The notes under the pieces: model-generated
What the model saw: only the letters and a program-made list of their open reading frames with translations
Told to the model about the DNA's origin: nothing
Database searches by the model: none
Source of the DNA: a virus
Virus record (IMG/VR): IMGVR_UViG_3300045988_183134
Location: 96,001-160,000 of that record
Reading direction: 5' to 3' (one strand)
DNA length: 64,000 nucleotides
In this document: positions 43,004-52,061 of the stretch, piece by piece
Position numbering within the stretch: the first letter of the stretch is position 1
Layout: every line of letters begins with the position of its first letter
Made by a program: the position numbers and the translations under genes

Positions 43004-43358
43004 TGTTAAGGACCTCCAATTCTTGATTTAACGTGTCCAAAATAATGGGGACGCAGTATGCGTTTAGTGCTCTCTCACTACCAAAACTGATGTAGTTCAG
43101 TGCTGAGATGAGCTTGCCACATCCTCCACGATAGTCTCGCTTCTTCATCTTTTGCTTGAATGCATAAAGGGATTCGATGTACTTCATGTTTGTGGCGACG
43201 CGATAAGTGGTCAATTCAGGGGTGGACTCATTCATGCGCTTGCGGCATTCGATGAGTGCTGCCAGGAAGTCGTTGGTTCTGTAGGCAGCGTCCAGAGGCT
43301 CCATGATATAGGCGTGAATAGGGTCGCTAATGCCTTTTACAATATTGTAGTTGTCCAT
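42996..43358 (-). CDS. hypothetical protein (120 aa), first gene of the HicB-like operon
   Basis: ORF 42996..43403. ATG 43358 follows AAGGAG. Confidence 0.6.
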   Translation of the reverse strand: MDNYNIVKGISDPIHAYIMEPLDAAYRTNDFLAALIECRKRMNESTPELTTYRVATNMKYIESLYAFKQKMKKRDYRGGCGKLISALNYISFGSERALNAYCVPIILDTLNQELEVLNIE

Positions 43359-43444
43359 GGCAAATATCTCCTTTGTATTGAATCTACGTACAATTCTACG
43401 CAAATCGCAATAAAAAGGAACACGCTATGACATAAACTACCATA

Positions 43445-43453
43445 AATATACCA
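43445..43453 (-). promoter_or_regulatory. extended -10 promoter (AAATATATGGTATATT class)
   Basis: The reverse complement reads aaatataTGGTATATT, about 90 nt upstream of 43358<-. Confidence 0.5.
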
Positions 43454-43489
43454 TATATTTTACTTTTATAAAAGCCTGATTTCCTGTAT

Positions 43490-43531
43490 CTTGTTTACAA
43501 ATTGACAGTTTCATCGTATAATGTAAACAAG
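43490..43531 (+). promoter_or_regulatory. promoter embedded in a 10-bp perfect inverted repeat (autoregulation operator candidate)
   Basis: CTTGTTTACA...TGTAAACAAG flanks TTTACA-17 nt-TATAAT, just upstream of the XRE-type gene. Confidence 0.55.
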
Positions 43532-43546
43532 AAGGGGAGGACTGTC

Positions 43547-44566
43547 ATGAAAATAGGCAAGAGCATCCGATACTTTCGTTCCCAGAAAGGCGTGTCTCAG
43601 CAATGGCTGGCTGATGCCATCGGCATAAGCAAAATGAGCATTTCGTATTTTGAGAGTGACAAGCGCCGCCCGGACATTGCGACTGTCAAGCGCATCTGTT
43701 CGGCGCTGGATGTGTCTTTGGGCAAATTCATGGCGTTCAGTGACGGTGTTACCCTCTCTGATGGCTCTTTCGAGAAAACGGATGAACTGTCAGCAGCTCA
43801 GAAAAACGCCATCCTCGCACAGATTCGCTATGCAGTACAACGATACTGTGATGCGTGTGCTTGCGCAAACGTGGATTGCAGCGAGTGTGCGCTGCCAAAA
43901 GATAAAGTGCCGATGCTTGATAGTGCAGCAGATGCTGCCGTCTATATGCGTGAAGCGTTTGGCCTTCCTGTGAATGGTCCTATCGGCAATCTCACGCGGG
44001 TTCTCGAAAGCAAAGGCGTCTGCGTTGCCATAGTAAAGCAAGAGGATTCCGGAGTGCCCATCGAAAACTTTTCCGGGTATCATGCCGTATCAAACAAAGG
44101 CTTTCGCCTTATCGCTTTTAATGAGGAATTGACTTACGGCTACCAACGCATGACCATTGCGAAAGAAACTGCACGCTCACTCTTCTCTAACGCGAGCGAA
44201 CGGCAAATCAGCAGCGCAGCAAGACATTTCCTGCTTCCGAGTTCTGACTTGGTACGAGAAATCGGAGAGAAACGGCCAAATATCAGCTTCAAAGAAATAC
44301 AGCTTGTAGGAGAAGAATACGGCGTGTCTGACCAGTGCGTGGTATTGCGAGCAAGGGAAGAAGGTATCATCACCCGCGAAACATATAGCCGTATCCAGAA
44401 CGGAAAGCACTATCCAGCGGATGCGTATAAGAACGATGAGCAGCCTGTGAGATTACTGCAATTGGTATGTAGAGCATATACCGACAATCTCATTGGTATC
44501 TCTAAGGCCGCTGAGCTGCTAAACACCAATACAAGCTATGCGACAGAGCTGTGCGAAGGCAAATAG
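43547..44566 (+). CDS. XRE-family HTH fused to a degenerate ImmA/IrrE (M78)-like domain
   Basis: ORF 43502..44566. ATG 43547 follows GGGGAGG. The HTH is QKGVSQQWLADAIGISKMSISYFESDKRRP. The position of HExxH reads IAKETARSLF, and ARHFLLPSSDL follows. Confidence 0.65.
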   Translation: MKIGKSIRYFRSQKGVSQQWLADAIGISKMSISYFESDKRRPDIATVKRICSALDVSLGKFMAFSDGVTLSDGSFEKTDELSAAQKNAILAQIRYAVQRYCDACACANVDCSECALPKDKVPMLDSAADAAVYMREAFGLPVNGPIGNLTRVLESKGVCVAIVKQEDSGVPIENFSGYHAVSNKGFRLIAFNEELTYGYQRMTIAKETARSLFSNASERQISSAARHFLLPSSDLVREIGEKRPNISFKEIQLVGEEYGVSDQCVVLRAREEGIITRETYSRIQNGKHYPADAYKNDEQPVRLLQLVCRAYTDNLIGISKAAELLNTNTSYATELCEGK

Positions 44567-44647
44567 TAAAATTCATGGACAACACTTATAAATTGAAGTA
44601 TACTTTTGTTAAGGCAAATGCTCTTGTAAAGTGAGGTGTGATTTCGC

Positions 44648-45739
44648 GTGCGATTTTTGTTGATGAATAAAGATACCAAGTGGCTCTTGTTTGACTGTTA
44701 TGAGGACGAGTTTGGCTTTACGGCTGGCAAAGAAATCGAATGGTATACTTCGTTCAGACCGATTCAATACAACAATATTGGTGACTTCCTTGATGCACGC
44801 AAAGCGCCTAAGCATAGAAAGCACATCGCTGAGCTTCTGAAAAAGTACGGTTGTGAATCCACTGAAAATTTTTTGCGATTAACGCATGCACTGTCACTCA
44901 ATGATACTTTCTGGGTAAAAGAGCCAGAAAGCCCTTTGACATGGAACGAAGTTTCCTTATACAGAAACGAATTTGATGAACTGGTTTCTAACGCGGCCTT
45001 TGATGGAATTATATCCTCTACCACTCTTTCTTCGACATCCCCTGAATTCGGGACAGATGGTGCTTATGCAAAGTGCTGGCAACGTGAAAACGGCACGGTC
45101 TATCTGTATAAAAGCGGCAGCGACACTTATGAAATCGAACCCTTGTCCGAATTTCTTGCGTCACAGGTAGCTGATATACTTTGCCATAACCACGTCGAGT
45201 ATGGCCTTGCCTTTTATCATAGACGACTGGCATCAAAGTGCAAGCTGTTTACCAGTGAACAATTCGGTTTGGCTAAAATGTCGGCACTTCCAGTTACTAA
45301 TCGTAAAAATCCCGCTGCCTTCCTAAAATTTGCTGAGCAATATGGTAGTGAAGACTTAATGCGCAGGATGTTCATTTTGGATGCTCTTATTCTCAACATC
45401 GACCGTCATTTAGGTAATGTCGGATTTCTTTTCGATAATGATACAATGCAAATTACCGAAATGGCTCCCATTTACGACAACAATCGCAGCCTACTGTTTC
45501 AATTCGATACAGAAACCATCGAAAACAACCCGGAATGGTGCATATCAAAGTGTGAGCCAAGAATAGGTGAAGATTTCATTAAGACCTCACAAGCAGTTCT
45601 TACCGATGAATTGAGAGTGGAATTAAAAAACATGAATGGCTTTGAATTTCATGCACCGAAAGATATTGGCGTTCCTATGGATAGGCTGGTGGCGTTGAGC
45701 CGAATCTTAAATATACAACTGAACAAAATCTTACAATAA
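44648..45739 (+). CDS. HipA-like Ser/Thr kinase
   Basis: Motifs are LDALILNIDRHLGNVGFLF and MAPIYDNNRSL. Start is GTG 44648 (after GAGGTG) or ATG 44663. Confidence 0.7.
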   Translation: MRFLLMNKDTKWLLFDCYEDEFGFTAGKEIEWYTSFRPIQYNNIGDFLDARKAPKHRKHIAELLKKYGCESTENFLRLTHALSLNDTFWVKEPESPLTWNEVSLYRNEFDELVSNAAFDGIISSTTLSSTSPEFGTDGAYAKCWQRENGTVYLYKSGSDTYEIEPLSEFLASQVADILCHNHVEYGLAFYHRRLASKCKLFTSEQFGLAKMSALPVTNRKNPAAFLKFAEQYGSEDLMRRMFILDALILNIDRHLGNVGFLFDNDTMQITEMAPIYDNNRSLLFQFDTETIENNPEWCISKCEPRIGEDFIKTSQAVLTDELRVELKNMNGFEFHAPKDIGVPMDRLVALSRILNIQLNKILQ

Positions 45740-45741
45740 CA

Positions 45742-45778
45742 AAGGGGAGTCGCGATTCACGACTCCCCTTCTTGTTTT
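45742..45778 (+). terminator. intrinsic terminator
   Basis: aaggggagtcg-cgattca-cgactcccctt followed by cttgtttt. Confidence 0.7.
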
Positions 45779-45936
45779 GTCGAAGTGAGTGTATAAAAAA
45801 TCAGCTTGAACGCTGAAATTGTGTTGGCAATTGGCCAAAAGCACTAAATTGATAGCATAAAATCAAAATTTGCGATAAAATCAATTGAATTTCCTTAATT
45901 TGCAGCGTATACTATTAGAAGGAAGGGAGTAGTATT

Positions 45937-47235
45937 ATGCTGATTGAGTTTACTGTAAAAAATTATCGGTCTTTTCGAGACGAAGCAGCTCTCTCGATGG
46001 AAGCAACGGGAGCAAGCACGCTGAAAAGTGTGCTCATTCCATATGGCGGAATGCGGATTCTGCCGGGTGCTGCCATTTACGGGAAGAACGGTGGCGGTAA
46101 GAGCAATGTTATCCGAGCTTTTTGGCTTTCGGTTCAATTCATCAGAAACGCACAAAAGACACAGCATGAGAAAGCAGCTATCCCCGTTGTTCCGTTTGCA
46201 TTGAATGACTACTCGGCATCTGAGCCGACAGAGTTTTCGTTTGTATATACCTTGGATGGAATCAGGTATTGGTATGCCTTTTCTGCCACAAAAGAAAAGG
46301 TATATGCTGAGTCGTTGTATCATGCACCGAAAGGGCAGAAGGCACTGGTTTTTGCTAGAGAAGGGCAGGAATTCACCTTTACCGAAGAGAAGGCTCGTAG
46401 AAATCTGATTAGTCAGGTTGTTGCCGAAAATCAACTGTTCTTTTCTGTAGCATGTACCATGAACGACGTTGCCTGCTCCAAAGCTATGACTTGGTTCCGG
46501 GAGAAAATCTATTTTTCAAGAGACTATTCGGATATTCCCCGGCAGCTGCTTGAATATTCGAACGACTCTAATATGCTGAAAGCGATTTCCGATTATGCGA
46601 AGGCTGCAGATGTTGGTATCGAAGATATGAAATTCGAAATCAATAGTAAAGAAATTAACGAAGAAGCTGATTTGCCTGCAAACATTCCCGAAGAAGTTAA
46701 AGCTGCACTTGTACAGTTCATGCATGTGCTTTCGGAAACCTCTAACAATTCGGAAACACACCTCAAGATGGGGCAGGTTAACGCAACATCCATGCATCAA
46801 GGCCAAAACAAGGACGGAACAAGCCATATGTTTTCGATGGAGCTGGCAGACGAGTCTGATGGCACAAGAAAACTGATGGCCATTGCTCCTGCAATTGAGT
46901 CCGTGCTGTCAAAGGGCGGCCTTTTGCTGGTAGATGAAATCGAAAAAGAACTGCATCCTGCTCTGGTAGAGCTTATTGTTGCCAAATTCCAGAGCAAAAA
47001 GACAAACCCGAATGAAGCACAAATTGTCTTTACGACACACAACACCGACCTGTTGAGTATGGAGCTGCTGCGTAAAGACCAACTCTACTTTGTTGATAAG
47101 AACAAAGATGATGGTGCTTCAGAACTCTACAGCATCAGCGATTTTTCCACTCGCACGACCGAAAATGTTCGCAAGGGCTATCTCCTCGGAAAATATGGCG
47201 CGGCTCCCAATGTCGAAATTGAGGAGGTTGAATAA
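45937..47235 (+). CDS. AAA_15/21-type (ABC/SMC-like) ATPase of the kind found in abortive-infection/defence pairs
   Basis: Motifs are MLIEFTVKNYRSFRDE, Walker A GKNGGGKSNV and Walker B LLLVDEIEKELHP, plus TTHN. Confidence 0.7.
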   Translation: MLIEFTVKNYRSFRDEAALSMEATGASTLKSVLIPYGGMRILPGAAIYGKNGGGKSNVIRAFWLSVQFIRNAQKTQHEKAAIPVVPFALNDYSASEPTEFSFVYTLDGIRYWYAFSATKEKVYAESLYHAPKGQKALVFAREGQEFTFTEEKARRNLISQVVAENQLFFSVACTMNDVACSKAMTWFREKIYFSRDYSDIPRQLLEYSNDSNMLKAISDYAKAADVGIEDMKFEINSKEINEEADLPANIPEEVKAALVQFMHVLSETSNNSETHLKMGQVNATSMHQGQNKDGTSHMFSMELADESDGTRKLMAIAPAIESVLSKGGLLLVDEIEKELHPALVELIVAKFQSKKTNPNEAQIVFTTHNTDLLSMELLRKDQLYFVDKNKDDGASELYSISDFSTRTTENVRKGYLLGKYGAAPNVEIEEVE

Positions 47236-47764
47236 TGGCTTGCAAGCTGAAGAAATCCAAGGTCAGTCTAATGAGTGTGACGATTCGTCCGGGCTTTGCG
47301 ACGATTCCGTTTGCCTAAAATGGTTTTGGAATGGGCTTTTCTGCATTTTCTTCAGAGAGAGCCCACAAATAGACAGCTTTTTTTGCAGGATATCGAGCGT
47401 GACGATGTCCCCAAAGTCATCACAAAGTTTCTGCAGGGATTCATTTGATTCAGCCTGAAGAGCACTGCGCAATGTTTGGAGCTGCCCACTGAATACGGCG
47501 TACAAAAACAATGGTTCTCGCAACTTTGGAAAATCGCCGCAACAGGAAGCAAGCCTTTTTATGCTAAGGGTGCTTTCTCCCGAAAGCTCTTTCACAAAAC
47601 CCGCGCCAAGGAAGCCCACTGCGTGAGCGGTGGGAGGAATTGGTGCATGAGTTTTTAAGAAAGACGAATGTGTACAATCTGTAAATAAGAAAGCTACTTG
47701 ATTTCTTTTTGCATCAAAAAATATTATAATACCGATATAATCAATCAAAGAAAGGAGGGCTATT

Positions 47765-49504
47765 ATGGCTTTCGGAAACAAGAACAGTACGCCGTCGTTT
47801 GCGTTAACTCTTCCTATGAAAGTAACCGAACAGGATGAAATTTTTCTTTCCAAAAAGTTTCGCGTTGGATGTACGATTTACAACCAAATGGTTAAGAAAA
47901 CCACAAAAATGTGGCATCAGCTGCGCAAGACGCGAGAATACAAAAATCTTATAAAAGCCATAAAAGCCGCTCCTGTCAACAGTGATGAACGGAAAGCACT
48001 GTTGATACAGCGTTCCAATTTGATTAAGCAAGCAAGCTTTTCAGAGGGAGCGTTCCATAAGCTGGTCGTGCCTTACCAGAAAGCGTACAACGTAAATTGC
48101 GATGTCGCTCAAAAAGTGGCATCCGCTGTCTGGAAAGCGTGGGATGACTTCTTTTATGGAAAGGGAAAAACCGTACACTATAAAAAGTTGAACGATTTTG
48201 TAACCCTTTCCGGGAAGAAAAATAACAGCGGTATATTCTTTCGTCCAGCAAATCATACGGTGAGTTCTTTGGAATCCGCTAAGCGAAAGGCGAAAAACTC
48301 TATCGAGAAAAGATACTTCGACGCATATAGAAAGCCAGATGCCAAAGAAGGTGAAGAGGTAGTTCTTCCCGATGAGGTGAAAGCGCAAATGGACAAAGAG
48401 GTCACCGACGCTACGGCGAAAATCAAACCGTGTATCGGAGAAGGCAATCTGCGCATCATTTACGAAAAGCACGAATTCCTTGTCAAATTGCGAAATCCCG
48501 ATATACAAACGGGATGGTATCAACAGGAAGCACTTAAATGCGGCGTCAAATATTGCCGGATTGTTCGTTCATGGGTCGGCACCAAGTGGAAGTATTACGC
48601 TCAACTTGTTCTGGAAGGTTATCCGCCCATCAAATGCGACAGCAACGGTGTTGTAAAGCACCATGTAAAGCAGGGGCGTGTCGGCATAGATATCGGCACA
48701 CAAACCATTGCTTTTTGCGGCAAAGATGTTTGCGACCTTCGTGTGCTTGCACCGTCTGCTATAGCGGAAACTCGCAATGGTCTTACAAAGGAAATCGCTC
48801 GCGTTATGCGGCAAATGGACCGTTCGCGCCGTGCGATGAATCCGCGGTATTATAACGAAAACGGAACCATTAAACGGCTGAAACGCAAGAACGGACATAA
48901 GCAAATTCGTCATTGGAACTACAGCAAGAACTATTATCGGCTGCTGTATAAACTGCGGGACTTGAACCGCAAACTTGCCGCTGTACGCAAGACGGAGCAT
49001 TATATTCTCGCTAATGAAATGCTGACATACGGCAACGAATTCGTAGTTGAAGATATGAACTACAAAGCTTTGCAAAAGCGCAGCAAGAAGACGAAAATCA
49101 ATCCCAAAACCGGTAGAGCGCATACCAAAAAGCGGTTCGGTAAAACTATCGGACGCTGCGCTCCTGCTTTGTTTATCACCATTTTGGGGCAAAAAGCAAG
49201 TCGATACGGCGGCAGCGTTATCAAGGTCAGCACCTTTGAAACAAAGGCTTCGCAGTTTGACCATACCGATGATAGCTACACCAAGAAGAAATTGTCCCAG
49301 CGTTTTGCTAAACTTTCAGACGGAACCGTTGTTCAGAGGGATTTGTATTCTGCATTCCTTTTATTGCACCTTAGAAAGAACCTTCAATCCTATAACAAGA
49401 AAACCATTAAGAAAGACTTCCCGCAGTTTAAGAAGCTGCACAACGAAACAAAAGAACGCTTGCAAAACAACCACGAGTGGTTGCCTGCAAGCGTAGGATT
49501 CTAA
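47765..49504 (+). CDS. large TnpB-like RuvC nuclease (579 aa) lacking zinc-finger cysteines
   Basis: RBS AAAGGAGGG. RuvC-like motifs are GRVGIDIGTQTIAF, FVVEDMNYKAL and VVQRDLYSAFLL. The usual CxxC...CxxC segment reads STFETKASQFDHTDDSYTKKKLSQRFAKLSDGTV, with no Cys. Confidence 0.7.
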   Translation: MAFGNKNSTPSFALTLPMKVTEQDEIFLSKKFRVGCTIYNQMVKKTTKMWHQLRKTREYKNLIKAIKAAPVNSDERKALLIQRSNLIKQASFSEGAFHKLVVPYQKAYNVNCDVAQKVASAVWKAWDDFFYGKGKTVHYKKLNDFVTLSGKKNNSGIFFRPANHTVSSLESAKRKAKNSIEKRYFDAYRKPDAKEGEEVVLPDEVKAQMDKEVTDATAKIKPCIGEGNLRIIYEKHEFLVKLRNPDIQTGWYQQEALKCGVKYCRIVRSWVGTKWKYYAQLVLEGYPPIKCDSNGVVKHHVKQGRVGIDIGTQTIAFCGKDVCDLRVLAPSAIAETRNGLTKEIARVMRQMDRSRRAMNPRYYNENGTIKRLKRKNGHKQIRHWNYSKNYYRLLYKLRDLNRKLAAVRKTEHYILANEMLTYGNEFVVEDMNYKALQKRSKKTKINPKTGRAHTKKRFGKTIGRCAPALFITILGQKASRYGGSVIKVSTFETKASQFDHTDDSYTKKKLSQRFAKLSDGTVVQRDLYSAFLLLHLRKNLQSYNKKTIKKDFPQFKKLHNETKERLQNNHEWLPASVGF

Positions 49505-49775
49505 AACACTTAAATTTTTTAAAGGGTTTCGACGTAGCCCTATTGATTGCCTTGATGTACTGCTTTCAGCAGCACTTGATAGGTGAAACCCTAATTTAGG
49601 GGATATCTACACTTTTTATGCTGGCTTTTCGGGCATTTTGCCCTGCCTTTAAGCTTCGCTTTGGGTAGTAAGTACATTGGTCTATCGAAAGATAGTGTAT
49701 CCGGCGGTTTTTGCTGTTGGAAAACCCTGTAACTGCATTGCGTCAGCATAGAATCCCTCTCCGTAAGGGGTGGGA
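49505..49775 (+). ncRNA. candidate omega/right-end RNA of the TnpB-like element
   Basis: Structured non-coding DNA lies between the stop codon and the right-end hairpin (gggtttc...gaaaccc, gcagcagcacttgat...). Confidence 0.3.
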
Positions 49776-49815
49776 GTACGTCAAATACTGGCGAAGAAAA
49801 CCTAAAAATGTCAGA

Positions 49816-51195
49816 TTACTTCTCATGGCTTTTCCTGATTCCAAAAACGTCATTTCCGTCCAGATAAATGAAAGGCTTTTCATGCTCGTTGAATCCGTTG
49901 ATGGCAACGAAACCGAGTTGCTTAACTTTGAGCTCTTTGATAGCCTCTACTTGCTGGGCCTCGTGATGAATCTCATCCAGAGTCATGGGCTGGGCATAGT
50001 ACTTTGCTTCGAAAATCTCATAGCCATCAGCAAACTCTAAAGCAACATCGAATTCACCGTTCGTGCGGTGGACTGGGTCATCGTAATAGTAGCTGCCAAT
50101 GTTGCGTACACCTTTCAACTTTCCAGAACGGACCTGCAAGCTGAAATAGTCACGGCAGATGCCTTCAAAACGTCGGGAGATGAAGTCTGTCAGAACGGGA
50201 CTGATGTACTCGTCATAGAATGCCTTGGCTCCTAGCACTTGGAGTGCGCTACTGTTCTTATATACAAAGGTGAAGTAGAATCTCAGAAGATTGTCGTTGA
50301 TTTCAAAAGCAGACTTTTTATTGTCGTTCAGCCTGTTAATGGGATTATTTCGGGAAAGAATCTCTAAGTCAAGCAGGGGCTTGATTTGCTTTGCGAGGTT
50401 GCCGGTCTTCCTCGCATCCAGTTTATCTTCGATTTCGGTATAGCGCTTCTTCCCATTTCCAATGACAGAAAAGATACGTTCTGCATTGATGCTTACCGAG
50501 TAGTCCGAAAGCAGCAGCTGGCTGGCATACAGATACACTGCGCTCGTAGGATTGAGAACGGTGTTGATAATATTTTCTCGGAGAGTGGCTTCAGGGTTTA
50601 GTGCTTGATTAACAAATGGGGAACCGCCAAAAACGGCATAATGGCCAACTTTGTCGTAGGGTGTTTTGTCAGGATAGAACTTGGCAGCATCCAGATAACT
50701 CAACTCATTTAACTTGATTGTGACAGCAAACCGACCATATAGAGCGTTCTTCTCTTGCAACGCATCCTTCATAATACCGATGTGAGAACCAGAAAGGATA
50801 AGTTCGATGTTAGAGAGTCGGTTGTCGATAATGCTCTGGAAGATGGAATCAACCGCAGCGGAGTCCGTCATGGATTTGAGATAGGGGTACTCATCGATGA
50901 CGACAACAATCTTTTGGGGCAGCGCATTGAGATAAGTGAATACATCCTGCAGCGTGCTAAAGCTCAGAGGCACAGGCAGAACCTTGGCACGGACAAGCTC
51001 CTGCACAAAGCCATTGATATTGTCCTGCATTATGCTTTTCAAGCACTCAAAGTACACCTTCTGATACTGGCAGCTCTCAAGTGCTTTTCGAATGAGAGTA
51101 GTCTTTCCAACGCGGCGCTTGCCGTAAACCATAATGGCCTTTCCGATATAATCTTCCTGCAAAAGAGCCAGCTCTTTCTCGCGGCCAATAAACAT
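49816..51195 (-). CDS. ATPase of the 'archaeal ATPase'/DUF234 type
   Basis: N-terminus is MFIGREKELALLQE, and Walker A is VYGKRRVGKTTLIRK. Length is 459 aa. Confidence 0.65.
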   Translation of the reverse strand: MFIGREKELALLQEDYIGKAIMVYGKRRVGKTTLIRKALESCQYQKVYFECLKSIMQDNINGFVQELVRAKVLPVPLSFSTLQDVFTYLNALPQKIVVVIDEYPYLKSMTDSAAVDSIFQSIIDNRLSNIELILSGSHIGIMKDALQEKNALYGRFAVTIKLNELSYLDAAKFYPDKTPYDKVGHYAVFGGSPFVNQALNPEATLRENIINTVLNPTSAVYLYASQLLLSDYSVSINAERIFSVIGNGKKRYTEIEDKLDARKTGNLAKQIKPLLDLEILSRNNPINRLNDNKKSAFEINDNLLRFYFTFVYKNSSALQVLGAKAFYDEYISPVLTDFISRRFEGICRDYFSLQVRSGKLKGVRNIGSYYYDDPVHRTNGEFDVALEFADGYEIFEAKYYAQPMTLDEIHHEAQQVEAIKELKVKQLGFVAINGFNEHEKPFIYLDGNDVFGIRKSHEK

Positions 51196-51558
51196 AGCAC
51201 ACCTCCAATAACACTGAAGCGAATTTCACTGAATTTATTTTCAATGTTATTTTACCATACGGACGCGCGAAAATCAAATGTTAATCCAGCTGAAACGAGC
51301 AGAGAAAAAGAGCAGGCTCATCTTTGACAATGAACCTGCTCTGAAAAGTATCAATAGCCTACCGAGCGACGCCAACATATGACGCTTGCCTCGAATATAG
51401 CACTTCGAAAGGACTTACTTTTGGTATAATTCTAGTGTATGATTCGTGCAAAGCAAAGGCAATACTGTTTTTGAAAAAAAGAAGCTCGAATTTCTTTGCT
51501 AAAATTATGTCTTTATGTTGTTTATACATTACGGTTGGTTGAAAACTCTACAAATATA

Positions 51559-51567
51559 TGGTACTAT
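51559..51567 (+). promoter_or_regulatory. extended -10 promoter (AAATATATGGTACTAT)
   Basis: caaatataTGGTACTAT, 33 nt upstream of ATG 51600. Confidence 0.5.
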
Positions 51568-51599
51568 ATTTATAGCAAATATAGACAGGATGAATAACA

Positions 51600-52061
51600 A
51601 TGAATGCACATTATCCAAGTGATTATCCAGATGGGTTTGAGGAAAAACTAATTGCTGCTGGTGCTAAAACGCAAACAATCACTCCCGTATACAGAATACT
51701 ATATGATGGTAAGCTGAACGCCTTCAACTTTGAGTCAACGTATATTAACTATAGGAGAAGACACAAAACACTTACTAAAAGGAAGTTACAGCACTTGGGG
51801 ACATATTCGACTTCCTGCTTTGCGGAACTCGATGACGTTGCATATACAATTCAATATTCAATGAAAAATCCGCCATTTGCGAAAATCTGTAAAGGCGTAA
51901 TTACACAAACTTCAGGTTACAGTCAAAGGACGGTGGATAGAGAGCCAGAAACAGAAAGCTCACATGTTGATTGGTGGATTTATTCTGATATTGACGTTAA
52001 TTCTGAAGTTCTCACTAATTTTTCTATCTGTTCTTTCGAGAAAGAAGGCGAGAAAGTATGA
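51600..52061 (+). CDS. 153-aa protein, first gene of the SecB-like operon (toxin candidate)
   Basis: ORF from the track. Its stop overlaps the next start (ATGA). No family recognised. Confidence 0.65.
   Translation: MNAHYPSDYPDGFEEKLIAAGAKTQTITPVYRILYDGKLNAFNFESTYINYRRRHKTLTKRKLQHLGTYSTSCFAELDDVAYTIQYSMKNPPFAKICKGVITQTSGYSQRTVDREPETESSHVDWWIYSDIDVNSEVLTNFSICSFEKEGEKV

Larger units (their letters stand above)
47600..49795 (+). mobile_element. TnpB-like IS200/IS605-type element (no TnpA)
   Basis: End hairpins share ...GGTGGGAG: CCCACTGC-GTGA-GCGGTGGG (47615-47634) and TCCCTCTCC-GTAA-GGGGTGGGA (49754-49775). Boundaries are approximate. Confidence 0.55.

Noticed and set aside
47263-47853. 196-aa minus-strand ORF as a real gene
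   Set aside because: Its only Met lies inside the TnpB-like CDS, and the frame reads through the IS left-end hairpin. At most the 47263-47600 part is a gene fragment.
49711-50040. 109-aa + strand ORF
   Set aside because: It starts in the IS right-end region and runs antisense into the 3' end of the DUF234-type ATPase gene.
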